The notes under the pieces are model-generated. The model worked only from the letters and a program-made list of their open reading frames with translations. It searched no databases and was not told the origin of the DNA. From contig NC_068990.1 of assembly GCF_001194135.2 (NCBI RefSeq), positions 18,441,309 to 18,481,422 on the forward strand: DNA of 40,114 nt, written 5' to 3'. Of this stretch, positions 21,760 through 34,278 are shown piece by piece (position 1 is the first letter of the stretch; each line of letters opens with the position of its first letter). The translations under genes were made by a program, and so were the position numbers. This DNA comes from Octopus bimaculoides. Its lineage: Eukaryota.

Positions 21760-21840
21760 ATGTTCGCTCGGCGCCACTGACAAGAGCTAATCAATCGACC
21801 ACCGCCAAGAGCAACCAATCCAACGATTGGCGGGTATGTA
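21760..21840. promoter_or_regulatory. Candidate CCAAT/GC-box cluster; alternatively a 120-nt coding exon at 21714-21833 (+)
   Basis: AACCAATC (CCAAT at 21815-21819), opposite-strand ATTGG (21826-21830), TCAATC (21791-21796), GC-box-like ACCGCC and GGCGGG, and local CpG enrichment. Confidence 0.3.
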
Positions 21841-24161
21841 CAGGCAAGGAAGCCGTCCAACTATCACGCATAAGCCGCCTTCGATATGCTGTGAATATTC
21901 CACTTGTGGGTTAATAACTTATGAATGAAATTTATGGTATTCTTTGAAAGAGTGGTGTAGTGGTTGCGTTCATTGCATATGTATTTAGTCAGTAAATTTC
22001 ACCAAATGAAAATTGGCCTCCTTCCATGGCTTATGAACTGCAAGCAGCATATGTCCAGCTAAGAATTGTGATTATGTATAATACGTATACAAATGGCCAC
22101 CTTCACCCAATATCTTGTCGCATTATGTATTGGAACACATTGTCTTATAATATAGCCGAAATATAATCTTATGGATTCTGTAAACCAAGCCAAAATTTTA
22201 CGTGATAACTTATTATCATCCCTCAAATCATGAACTGCCTTTACAAAGGATTCGTAACTGATTCAGAAAATAGACTCGTAAGCAAGCATTAAAAAAAGAT
22301 AAAGACATTTAAATCCTCTTGTCTCAGAGATTGAAATCAATTTTTGACATTCGAACAAGATTACAAATTATAAGGATGATATAAAATCAATAAAATCAAT
22401 CAGCTATAAGTCTAGTAGCTATTTTATTAACCTGGAACAACGAAGCTTCCATAGACGTTTGCATTATTTGAAAGCATAATGCAAGCTCAGCTAATTACAA
22501 TAATGCATTTAATCTGATGCTGCAGTTTCTGCTCCACCAACGTCCTTTTCTTACTGATTGCTTCCACGTTTAATTTAGTGTTCAGAGTTAGAATTGATTT
22601 CAGCAAGAGCGAAGAATGGACGCTATGATTTTGGTCTCTCTCTTGGATTAAATGCATTTCCTCCTTCTAAGTAATAAGTTCGAATAATACCGAGCCTGAC
22701 CAGTTAGCCTCTCAGTGCAAAGGAGTAACTCAAAGTACTGGATATTAATTGGGGTTAATTCAGCTGACTCACTTCATATATATTCACTTAATATTAAGCC
22801 ATGTGCTAAATAAGAATAAATCAGAATTTAGTTGTGAAAACAAAATGTAAATGAATGAATCATTAAATAAATAAACGAAATCTAAATGAATTAAAATAAT
22901 GCATTTAATAACGGGAAAATAGGAACGTGGTAGATATGTTATCGAATGATCCACTTCATAAATTATTTATAAAGTATTACAATAATTACGGTCAAATGGA
23001 TTATTATTTTTATCCAGTAACACAATACATGCAGTTTTAAGAATATTCTTCTTGTAATAAATTTGCAACCATTACAGCAAAGAGTTTTCATGGATGAAGA
23101 TTCTTTTTCTCTTCTGGGATATTAGTTAGCCTGTTTGCTATAATAAAAATTGCCTATTGAGATACTGGTTGATATGCTGACACGTTACACGTCATTGCAC
23201 GAATTACTGGTGTGGAAGTTCGGCTTATTGAATTAGCTAAATAGCCAGAAATTAAGATTCGGATATTCGACCTGAACCTGGATACAACATCACATTTCCT
23301 TGCAACTATTGATTTGTCGGCTTGCGCTTCAGAAATAAATCAATATTTTTAACCCATGGAACTTAGAGATGTGGCAAAAACGGTATAATGGCGGACTAAA
23401 TACTTTATAATATTTTATTTCGTTTCACTGACTCGGAATTCAAAACACACTGAGCTTCTCTTTGCTCTTATACATTCGGTATCTATAGACATTCTCTTTC
23501 ATGGCACTGCGCCGAGGAAGTCGTAGTCAAAATGTTGGAGCCAGTAAATTAACGAAAGACTATTATAGACATCAACTGGAACTTTTGCGACAATTATCAT
23601 TAGTAGGGAAAGAAAAAAAAATGTTTCGGATATTTCAAGTAATTTATTCGCATGCATTTTGGCAAACACTTGTTTTCCAATCGTTTCATATTAACATACA
23701 CGAAGAATAGATTCGAATTTGTTATTCCTTATTTCATACAAGATACATTATGCTACGTATATTATATGAATTTCGAAAAAAAACTATGAACCATTCATTT
23801 TTGCTTGAAAATTCACAATAAACCACTAAGATATGCATCAATGGAAAACAAACACGTAAAATAAATACATAAAAGATTATATTTACGTACATTACTTGGC
23901 CAGGTCTGTAAATCGGGAGATAAACAGAATACAATCCCTTACTACGTGTGGATTTTCAGTTCCTGTTATGAATGATTTCATTTTTCGTATGCCTTTCATC
24001 TTCTCAGCAGAATGACACGATGTGCCTGTAGTCTCCTTTGCAGTTTTTGTCAATCACATAGTCTTGTAATTGTTTGCGATGTCAGTCAATCAGTAAATAC
24101 ATATATACGCACACAGACACACACTCACATATATGTATATTAATGTATGTGTGTGCATATG

Positions 24162-24340
24162 CACAAGGTACGAGAACTATTTGAGGACATGTTTGGTAAT
24201 TTAATAAAACAACTCTAATCTAGCAGAACCCAAATGCATTTAAGTAAAATTTCGCGCAGATGTTTTCGATCTTAAAAGATTACTCCATGAACCCGCCTTC
24301 AGCTTCGATGACAGCCTTAAACTCTGACGTTTCGGATGTT
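24162..24340 (-). mobile_element. Tc1/mariner (maT/DD37D-like) 3' end fragment
   Basis: Minus strand 24324->24280 encodes EFKAVIEAEGGFME*, similar to the C-terminal R.EAV..A.G..IE* motif of Tc1/mariner and maT transposases. It is followed about 110 nt later by a TIR-like end (plus strand CACAAGGTACGAGAACTATTTGAGGACA) next to a TA/CA microsatellite. Confidence 0.5.
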
Positions 24341-25264
24341 TCTTGTGTTTGTATTTTATCTGTCATGGGTGATTTGAAAAGGATAAAAACATTTTAATTG
24401 CTTTGAAGAGTGTAATATACTAATAATTAACAGCCTTCAAATAACACACGCAGCTTATATAATGTATGTATTGTGTGTTTTTGTGTGTGTGTGTGTGTAG
24501 TGTGTATGTGTCCATTGTGTGTGTGTGTAGTGTGTATGTGTGTGTATATTCGAGTTTGTTATATCAGGCAGACGTAGCAACCAAATATTCCTCATATATG
24601 AAAATATATATTAGATCGTATAGTCTGGTGTAAATATTTTAGGGGACAATCGGGCGCAAACCGCGGTTACCATGTACCTGTCTTTATGCCAGTTGGATCA
24701 ACGCAGACTGCGAGATAAACAGTTAAAGCATTATTCAATCTACCACATTTGTGTCTTTCTTTGGTTCAATGTTCATTTATTATAGACAAATATCTAACAT
24801 AGCGAGGTTAGAGATCATTACTTGTATGTTAATAGGATATTAATTATTTAAAGGAAATCATTTGAATGAATATGAACTAAATTCTATAATTTTTCACCTA
24901 GAATGTTTACCATATTTCTATATATTCATGTCAGACACATGTATCTTGTCTCTGGGGGTAGGATGAGATTTTGTCATGTGTGGCTTTCCAGGTGTTGGGA
25001 ATGGTACTACCAGTTAGTGTCAATATCTTTGGGTCTTTCTTGATATAAATGATAAAGAATATTATCTTGATCTTCAAAATTAGAACTACCTCAACGTATG
25101 TGCTGAATGCTACGTGTCTTGTACATAACGCGTGGAGATGATAGACTCTTGAACATGTAAAGACGGTAAACTGTTTATAAATATTTGGGATCTTGGTAAG
25201 GTCATTATACAAACAAGAAACACTATCTAGTTGTATTTCACTTGTTTATTATTAACATTCATAT

Positions 25265-25505
25265 AGGGGAGCGAGCTGGCAGAATCGTTACCGCTTCAGA
25301 CAAAATGCTGAATGGAGTTCTTCCAGATCTCTATATTCTGAATTTGAATACAGCCTATCATCCTCTATATTCTGAATTCAAATATTGCCTATCATCCTTT
25401 AGGAGTCGATAAAAATGATTGCCGTTTGAGCATTGTGGTCAGTGTAATCGACATCAGTTTCACGCAAATCTGCTGGCCTTGGGCCCAAACTGGAAAGAAT
25501 TCTTA
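25265..25505 (+). mobile_element. Family-B SINE copy with an internal 34-bp duplication
   Basis: Starts GGGGAGCGAGCTGGCAGAATCGTTA, continues ATCCTTTAGGAGTCGATAAAA, and ends GGCCTTGGGCCCAAACTGGAAAGAAT. Confidence 0.75.
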
Positions 25506-25651
25506 TTAGTCAACTAGTTAACTGTTTAAGCAATTAATTGATCGATTTTTTTTTATCAATTGTTCAATCAATCAATCAAACAGCTGCGTTTGTTAGGGTC
25601 TTTTCGTTCCTGTTTATGTCCTCAGTAATAGTATGACCTTGCTACTCCACG

Positions 25652-25782
<131 letters not shown>

Positions 25783-28700
25783 TTCGTTTATAGTAATCAA
25801 AATTAGAACGGATTCAAAGTAAATGTCATCAAAGACTAGTGTGTGGCATCGTAGGTCGTGTTTTTATCCAAGACCGCGAGACTTGTGTGACATTTTTCAT
25901 TGATACAACAGAACGCTCTGGCTTCTCGTGTTTAGAAGAGACAGCAAGGAAGCACCTACGAGTGTTCCATTGACTTAAGAGCTTAAAAAATAGTCAGTAT
26001 TATCCTTCGATTAAGAGCCTACATCGGGTGCAGCAGCCTTGATATTCAGTTAGAATACTGAGGTTTGTTATCAGTACTCAGACGACCCGGTAAGGTCGCT
26101 ATCAAATATGGTGAGTCTCCATTTACTCATCGTCTTCAAAACGTCTCAATGATAGACTCTCATCATATCGAGTGATAGCTTTTTGCTTCTCCAAATCGCT
26201 TAGTGCATTACATAAACCGGTATAAAGCAATGAACCCGTGCTTTCCGGAATTCCGTGATTCTACGACCATAACTTTGAAATATAAAACGAAATAAGAAAA
26301 TTTGTAAATAGTTAAGTTCTACAATGAATTTTACACAGAGCTCAAATCGAATTTCTTGTTTAAAGTTCACAAGATATTTTTTCTTCTCTATTCCTGCTTC
26401 GTATCTTTGTTCCAGAATAGTGACTTGTTAACTTTTTTTTAATATCTTTTTCATTTTTACTTCGTCTTATATTTGTTATTTATTTTCTGTCTGAAGCATT
26501 ACATTACAAATTCAATGCTGCATTGCAGTGAAACATCAAAAGCGGTACGAAAGCATGGCATCGTAAGTCAATATGACGTAAACACGCAGATATACACACA
26601 CACACGTACACCCCACCCCCATACCTGTCAAATAATCAATAAGCCGCTAGTTCTTTATTCTCCATACTAACCCATCTTATTTACATCTCACATAATTTTC
26701 TTCCACTCATAAATTGGTAAGCTGTCTCTTACTTACATTCCGCATTCGGTACTTTGCTTTTCTTTAATTTTAAATATAAATCTATACCGTCTCCAGAAAC
26801 GTATAGCAGACACTAGAGGTCGTATTGTGATACTAGAACAATCAAAGGGTCATTAGCCGTATGCATCAAGAGTATGTGGGAATAAGTATTATCATGCCCA
26901 TATTCATGCATTAAAAACAGGTCCGTGGTCAAAAAGTCACCAAAAATTGCTATGGATTTTTTATGGGAAATGTATACTTCAGCGACAGACGATGTCGACT
27001 GTACAGTAACATTAAAATTATCATATTGTGTTTCCCTTTAGATTTCAGTTCTAACTTCATATCCTTCTGGGGCCAAAAAAAGAAAAAAAAAAGAAAAAGA
27101 AAACATCATTACTCGGTTTTATATCGACGGCACAGTCACCTGGATATTGAATTTAAACACCGGTTATGATTTTCAGCTGCCAGATGGTTCAATAACCTAA
27201 CAGAAATTGGTTACTCGCGGTCCCAACCCTTGTACCTATGCGGTATGCAAGTAGTCAGACCCTAATATTGATTTCTACTAACGACATAATTGATGAGTAT
27301 CGGCGGATTGTATACCGATTATGCTATCACAAATTTTACCCGGTACCAACGAGGCATGACACGTTGGAAACCTGACTTATTTCTCGCAGTTGTTCTGTCT
27401 TTATTTAGTAATCCGGAAAAGGATAAAAGTCAAAATCGTCTTTGGTAGGGTAGGAGTTAAAAAATGGTAAAGTAACGTAAATAAATACCAATATACATTG
27501 CGTCGACAACTTTACCAAGTCTTTCTGTAAAAGCATTATATTTAATGGAATTACAAAATCGAAGTACTTCGTTAGTTAGCAGTGCTGAGATTAACTTCCA
27601 TGCCACGAGAAAGTGTGAATATATCACGGAAGAAAAGCATTTTATTTGAACATTCATCAGTTTATGACAACATGCAATGATAAAACCTCCATGTTTCTGT
27701 ATCTTCTAGGTCTCAAAGTTTCTGCTGATGTTTGCTAGCAATATGATATACAAAGCATGTAAATGTTGCTCTACATAAACAAGCTAACTTATTACAACTC
27801 TAGATTTTGCCGACATTTCAGGATTTTCATGTGAAGCCACAAATGTTACAATTCGCTTTATCTTAGAAGGCGTTACTGCATAAATGTATTATAGACTAAT
27901 TATAGAATGTCATTATTTCAACCTCTTGTCCACATACATGTTGTCATCGTCGGTCTGTTATAACTATGGAGGAATGTCTTTACTAGTAATTAGTTATGAA
28001 CTGAGAAGGAAATGCCCAGGCTAGTATAGAATATAGATAACTGTAAGTTAAATTTACAATTACTGGATGTGAAACGGCATCTGGTTTCGCATCAATGTTC
28101 AGTTATATTCACTGACACCAGGAAATTTGAATGAACTCTAACTTAAGTTTCTTGAGTTCAGTTGATTAATTCCAGGCAACTAAACTACTAGGCAACTAAA
28201 TTTTGGAAACATTTACATGCATTGACAGTTCAATTGATGTCTTGTATTTGTAGTCTCTGATTAGCTTTCTCCTTTCTGGTTTTCAGAAACCTAAATTCTG
28301 AAGATTGGCTTGAAGTAGTCGGTTACGTACCTAAGTGATCTTATAATTACGAGTATGAATCTAAAAGTGTAATCCGGGTGAAGTATCTGTAAATTTCGTA
28401 ATAGCTTAGCGTAAGGTGATAACTTTTTCACCGCTCCTCAGCTTTATGTTGACATCAGAAGCGCTAACCATTTCCTCTATTGTGTATAGTTTCTCTTCCC
28501 TCTCCGTAACCATTACGCATGTGTGTATGTATGTATGTATGTATGTATGTTCTCTACTATTTCTAATCATTTGAAGAATTTTTCTAAGAAAGATGCTGGT
28601 CTCTATCACACGACACAAAGCTCCAACGTTGGAATATAAGGTATCAAAAATAAATTAACATTTTGATCTTCAGTAAAGTCTTGAATAATTTTACTCTCCC

Positions 28701-29098
28701 GCTAGCAGATTGCTTTTTGTAATCAGTATGTTAGCTGATTGATTTCCTTTTCTGTAGGCCTCTGTCTGTCTGTATGTATGTATGTACGTATGTACGCATG
28801 TATGTATATATGTATCTATGCATGTATTTGTGTCTATATATGTATATATGTATGTATGTCATTCAGTCTTATTTCAAGATTTCTTGCCAATAGAGGAGCC
28901 ACTTTCTAACCAAGATACAAAGTTTCTTCATTGGAATTTCAATAAGATCAACAGGTATTCTTGCATGCATGTGTGTATATGTGCAGTATTTGGAACCAGT
29001 GCATGTGCAGATGTGTATGTTTTGTTGTATGTATGTACTTTCTTGCATATAGTCATATATCTAGATATGTGAATATATAATTAAATGATAAACTTCTG

Positions 29099-29232
29099 TA
29101 TGTATGTATGTAAGTATGTATGTATTATGTATGTATATATGTATTTATGTATTTATGTATGTATGTTTATATGCATGTATGCATGTATGTTTGCATATAT
29201 GCGTGTATGCATGTATGTGTGCATATATGCAT
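29099..29232. repeat. Degenerate (TATG)n tract
   Basis: Seen directly. Confidence 0.85.
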
Positions 29233-29700
29233 GTCCTGGGTAGTGGACATGATAGCTCTGGCTTAGGACTTCCAGTGTTTTGAGGACTCTGGAACCACTT
29301 AGCCACTATTCTTCCAAGGTCGGTTCTGACTCGGAGTAGTTGTCAGGCTCTCAACTATGTGTTTACTAGCATATGTGATGACAATCCATCTGAGCGCAGG
29401 GACGCAGAAATACCCTTGGTTACTGTCAGGACATGCAATGAAACTCCCGAAATTGAGGGACCTCTAACTTTTGTCATATCATATACCTGGATGAAAAAAA
29501 AAACTGCCGTAAACCTGTTCTTTCATGCGATTACTCGTCATCTTGCTTCGGTCTGCCAATAGGCACTAATCACCAGACTCAGAGAGTGGTACTCATGTCA
29601 TACAAGCATCTGTCACTATTATGCAATGAGGTACAGATGGAAGCGATCCCTAAGTTACAACTGCCGTCTGTCACCTATGTTTCAACCCATGCAAATCTCT
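29231..29700 (-). mobile_element. Unclassified, relatively GC-rich interspersed repeat remnant between two (TATG)n tracts
   Basis: Composition shifts relative to the flanks. The minus-strand end ...CTACTCCGAGTCAGAACCGACCTTGG...CCAGGACAT runs into a (CATA)n tail, like a retroposon 3' end. No recognisable protein motif. Confidence 0.3.
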
Positions 29701-29811
29701 AACAGGACTATATATTTATTTGAGAGGTCATGTCCGGTAAATCAGAAATGTCATTGAAAAAGAGAAAGTACAAAGAGATGACAATCAACTGTGAAGATGG
29801 AGCAATCACCA

Positions 29812-30160
29812 TATATGTATGCGTGTATGTATGTATGTATGTATGTATGTATGTATGCATGCATGCATGTATGCATGTATGTATGCATGTATGTATGCAT
29901 GTATGTATGTATGTATGTATGCATGTATGCATGTATGTATGCATGTATGTATGCATGTATGTATGTATGTATGTATGCATGTATGTATGTATGTGTGTGT
30001 ATGTATGTATGTATGTTTGTGTGTGTGTATGTATGTGTGTGTGTATGTATGTATGTGTCTATGTAAGCATTCATGTATGTATGTATGCATGCATGTATGC
30101 ATGCATGCATGTATGTATTACATGTGTGCACACATGTGTGTATGTGTGTGTTTGTGTGTA
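29812..30160. repeat. Long compound (TATG)n/(CATG)/(TG)n tract
   Basis: Seen directly; source of the YVCM/HTYI pseudo-ORFs. Confidence 0.95.
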
Positions 30161-31512
30161 TATAATGTAAACATTTTAAAAAATGTTAGCTTATTGAAAT
30201 CCATTGAAGCGTTTAAAAATAACTTATTGTTATAAACACTATTTCATAAACCCGCCTCTTGAGACAAAAAAAATAAGCGGAAGAAAGACGAAAAAAAAGT
30301 ATTAAGTTATTTTATAAGTCGATCATATGTTCGTGTCTTCATATATGTATGTATTTTACCTCAATTATAATTTTGTTTATTGCACTACATTTTACATCTG
30401 TAGTTTTGTATGAGGTTAAACTTACTCTCGATGTTTACGATGCTTTGTCTACGTCTGTACCAACACGATCGTATTCTCGCATCTACCCCTCCTTCAAATG
30501 CACCATGCAGAAATGTATAAGAATTTGTCATGGCTTCACCTTTTATCGAAACTCAATTCAGTTTAACTTACTTTATGTAATCAACGCTATTTTATTATCT
30601 TCATCTTTTATAACTTACACATCATTAACGCGTTGCTATCTTTAAAACTACCTAACAACAAACATTTAATTTAACCTCATCATAAATAACGTTTTATTTA
30701 TTCACAATTTCAAGAAAATTTCTATTCTACGGTTAATGTATTTTATCTATGTTATTCTATATTATTCTATATTTTCTAGCCTTCAGGTTATCTTAAATCA
30801 GTTATACATTAAACGCTTTCATTATTTTCTAAAGACTTTGAATAATAATATCTCGCTATAAACATTATATTATTAGTGTAAATAAATAACTTCACCTCGC
30901 CTCAGATACGTTGTTGGTGCTTTACTACAAAAACGTCCTTCGATTTTTTATATTATCTATATATCTTTAAGATATTTTCAACAACTGAGTTACATAAATA
31001 TACGTTTTAGATTATTCTGTTAGTAAAGTCAGAACATCAAACTATATGTCATTAAATATTAATGTATTTATAGACCTCTCCTCTTCCTCTCTTCTCTATT
31101 TCACTCACTTTCACCCAACCCCACCCTGTCAACTTCTTGTATGCGTTTAGTTAAATCAAAAATAAAGGCATAAACAACAAAAAATCAAAAGGGCGAGCAC
31201 AATGAATGTATTAGCTTGACGCTCAGTTTAAGTTGGAAAACAGAGAGGGTGTGAGTGTGATGTTTCGAACATGGTACTTCGTCAGGAAGAGGAGACAGAA
31301 AACGTCCGGCGAGAAGGAAAAATATCTATGTATGTATATGCGTGTGTACGCATTTGTATTCACTCTGATGAAGCTCCATGTACTAGATCGAATGTCCTAT
31401 GAAGATGACGAATATTATCCACCTTCCTATATACCGTTCATTCATTTATTTATTTACTTAGTTCTTTACTATTGTATTGGAATGGGTTTAAGGATGTTGA
31501 CCTCTTCAAAAT

Positions 31513-31568
31513 AAATAAATAAATAAGTAAATAAATAAAATAAAATAAGAATAAAGAATAAAAATAAA
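31513..31568. repeat. (AAAT)n/(AAAAT)n tract
   Basis: Seen directly. Confidence 0.85.
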
Positions 31569-32535
31569 ACACAAGTGTGGTGGTTTGGTCATCACTGAAA
31601 GTCATTTTGCTTTCTTTCTTTCTTCCGCCCCCTTTTTCCGTCCTCTCTTTTTCTCCTCTTTGAGTTATATTTCGAATATACCCCTTCCAAACATTCATTT
31701 TTGGAGGGAACGTTTTGATCAAGTGTAGTTCTGTATGAAAATACATTAGTATAATATTTGCAAATTATTTCAAAAATCAATCAATAAATAAAATAAAACG
31801 TATATATATATATATAATTAATAAATAAATATCTTCATGAATAAATATCTTCCACAACTCAATATGAACACATAACTTAATACAGAACACTACTAACCTT
31901 TAAATTAATACCACCCATACATCCCATACACCATTCACATTACAGATCTTTATCTACCCTAATTGCACCAAATCCAGAACTACTTGCCTCCCTCACACAT
32001 AATCTTTTTACTCAGGGACTAGTATACCCGACAACATTCGGTAATCGATGTGCATTCAAAGCAGTGATCAGTAATTTTACGAAACCGGTATGCTTTTGAA
32101 TCTCTTTAACAATTCACAATAATGACTTTTAATTCTTTTATTCCTACCTCAGTTCATCTAATTGTATATATCTATCGTTACTTTTGATAAAAAGCCTTTA
32201 CATTTTTGATTTCCAATGTGAATTTTCGCTTCGTTTTCTTCTTACTTTCCCCTTACATTTCCACGTCTAGTTTCTATTTTCTTTTTTTAACATATTTCTA
32301 TTATATATATNNNNNNNNNNNNNNNNNNNNNNNNNNNNNNNNNNNNNNNNNNNNNNNNNNNNNNNNNNNNNNNNNNNNNNNNNNNNNNNNNNNNNNNNNN
32401 NNNNNNNNNNNNNNNNNNNNNNNNNNNNNNNNNNNNNNNNNNNNNNNNNNNNNNNNNNNNNNNNNNNNNNNNNNNNNNNNNNNNNNNNNNNNNNNNNNNN
32501 NNNNNNNNNNNNNNNNNNNNNNNNNATATATATAT

Positions 32536-32828
32536 AGTGGACGCACAATGGCCCAGTGGTTAGGGCAGCGGACACGCGGTCGTAGGTTGGCGGTTTCGAT
32601 TCCCAGACCGGGCGTTGTGAGTGTTTATTGAGCGAAAACACCTAAAGCTCTACCCTACTGTACTCTTTCACCACAAGTTTCTCTTGCTCTTTCTTCCTGT
32701 TTCCAAGAACTACGTTAAGGGTATACGTGTTTGTGTAGTGTTCAGCAACTTGCACGTTAATTTCACGAGCAGGCTGTTCCGTTGACCGGATCAAATGGAA
32801 CCCTCGTCGTCGTAACCAACGGAGTGTC
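32536..32828 (+). mobile_element. tRNA-derived SINE, family A, with two internal deletions
   Basis: Head AGTGGACGCACAATGGCCCAGTGGTTAGGGCAGCGG, B box GGTTTCGATTCC, tail GGAACCCTCGTCGTCGTAACCAACGGAGTG. Colinear with the reverse complement of 10394-10780 except for deletions of about 30 and about 58 nt. Confidence 0.88.
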
Positions 32829-33595
32829 GTAGTATATATACAACACATGTATATATATACAGAGAAAGAGAGAGAATGAGAGAGAGATATCGTTATATAA
32901 TTTAAATTTACTTTCAACCGAGAGTTGCGGCCATGCTAGGGAACCGTTGTTAATACACACACGCATACACACGCATGCACGCAACACGCACCTACACACA
33001 CACACATGTGTGTGCAATAATATTTATAACAGGCATTAATGCTGTTTACACTTCGAGGTAATTTCTCAGACATTCAAGAGCTAAAATATCCACTAGGGAG
33101 TGACACAGACCAACCAATATTTATCTAATCTAGTTATAAATTGATTAAACATCCACTGGTAGACTTCAGCTGTCAAACTACGGTCCTAACAATCGTTATG
33201 GCTTCAAGACATTTCCTGGTGAACTCGTGATGAAGATCTATAAAAACATTAATATGTACACATATTCGCCTCCAAATGTTTAATTATTATATACTCAGTC
33301 TAATAAAATCATATGCCAATGTTTTATCATAGTACCTTCGGTAGCTCGGATTGAATTATGTATTTATTGATATTGCAAATCAAGTTTCTTTGTATGGTAC
33401 TAAAATGTAATAGTGAAGGCTATTTATTAAAACATAAGCAAGATTATAAACGGATCTGATCAGCTTCGTAATGGTAAATGATTCAACGTTCATAACTCGA
33501 CACCACTTGCTAGTCCATCAATCTGGTTTGATTAAAGAATTTATATTTATGTGGAGTCATATATATGAATGTATAATTATAAATATAATATATAC

Positions 33596-33770
33596 GTGCG
33601 GTAGGAAGTTTGCCATGTGTGGTAGGATGTTTGCTTGCTAACCACATGGTTCTGGTTTCAGTACCGCTGATTGGCATATTGGGCAAATATCTCCTTGTAG
33701 AGCTCCGAGCCGACCAAAGCCTTGTTAGTAAATATGATAGACGCAAACTGAAAGAATCCAGTCGTATACA
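33596..33770 (+). mobile_element. tRNA-derived CORE-like SINE, family C, 5' part
   Basis: Head ...TGTGTGGTAGGATGTTTGCTTGCTAACCACATGGTTCTGGTTTCAGTACC, CORE-like GGCATATTGGGCAAATATCT, then GAGCCGACCAAAGCCTTGT...GACGCAAACTGAAAGAATCCAGTCGTATA running into a CA/TA microsatellite. Matches an abundant octopus SINE as I recall it. Confidence 0.7.
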
Positions 33771-34154
33771 TAAATAAATACGCACACACACACGCGTACC
33801 CACGCGCGCACGCATATTTATTTTAATATATAGGGTGTTTGGGATAAATTTTACGATTTTGTGTCTTACTTTTGTTTTCGAGAACAAATCAATGTATTTG
33901 TGAACAGCCAACGGTTTTGGAAAGCATAAAGATGAAAGTTGTTAAGAAAATATTAGCTGACATGTAGGATAGGAAGCCATCTGAAAGCAAGGAACATATT
34001 TCGTGTATCATGTTGATTCGCTCCTGGTATCAAAATACGACACCATGACTTCTGCTCAATGCATTGAAAACTATAAACTCTGGAAGAAGTGAAGTGGACA
34101 ACTGCTGCGGATACAATGAGGCAGTAGCTGCAGGCGTTCTGACTGCGACCTCAC

Positions 34155-34207
34155 GCAGCTAAACATTTTGCTTGGTGTATCAAAGATTCTGCCAGTTCAC
34201 CGCCTTA
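34155..34207 (-). mobile_element. Family-B SINE 5' fragment
   Basis: The reverse complement AAGGCGGTGAACTGGCAGAATCTTTGATACACCAAGCAAAATGTTTAGC matches the family-B head. Confidence 0.6.
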
Positions 34208-34223
34208 CATAGACTGATAGTAC

Positions 34224-34278
34224 TGATCGGATCAACTGGAACCCTCGACGTCGTAAGCGACGGAGTGCCAACAACAAC
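34224..34278 (+). mobile_element. 5'-truncated 3' tail of SINE family A or of its partner LINE
   Basis: TGATCGGATCAACTGGAACCCTCGACGTCGTAAGCGACGGAGTGCCAACAACAAC is nearly identical to the 3' end of the 10394-10780 copy and ends in (AAC)n. Confidence 0.8.

Noticed and set aside
21526-21783. 85-aa minus ORF with a faint resemblance to RT domain 5-6 (ERLNYKIEGFEMRIEWAKTNIV)
   Set aside because: No YADD-type motif or other RT blocks nearby.
29708-30235. ORFs rich in YVCM/HTYI/CVCV/YIYI/SIYL, here and at 4434-4727, 8440-8889, 15249-15541, 16766-17431, 20627-20828 and 39786-40052
   Set aside because: They are translations of stop-free di- and tetranucleotide microsatellites, not proteins.
31900-32110. 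Possible Penelope-like element end (…GAAACCGGT…)
   Set aside because: Only a short motif resemblance, with no RT or GIY-YIG remnant.
32536-32612. tRNA gene (also considered at 10705-10780, 18035-18110 and 33600-33670)
   Set aside because: A and B boxes are present but I could not fold a full cloverleaf, and each continues into SINE body and tail sequence found elsewhere in the window.
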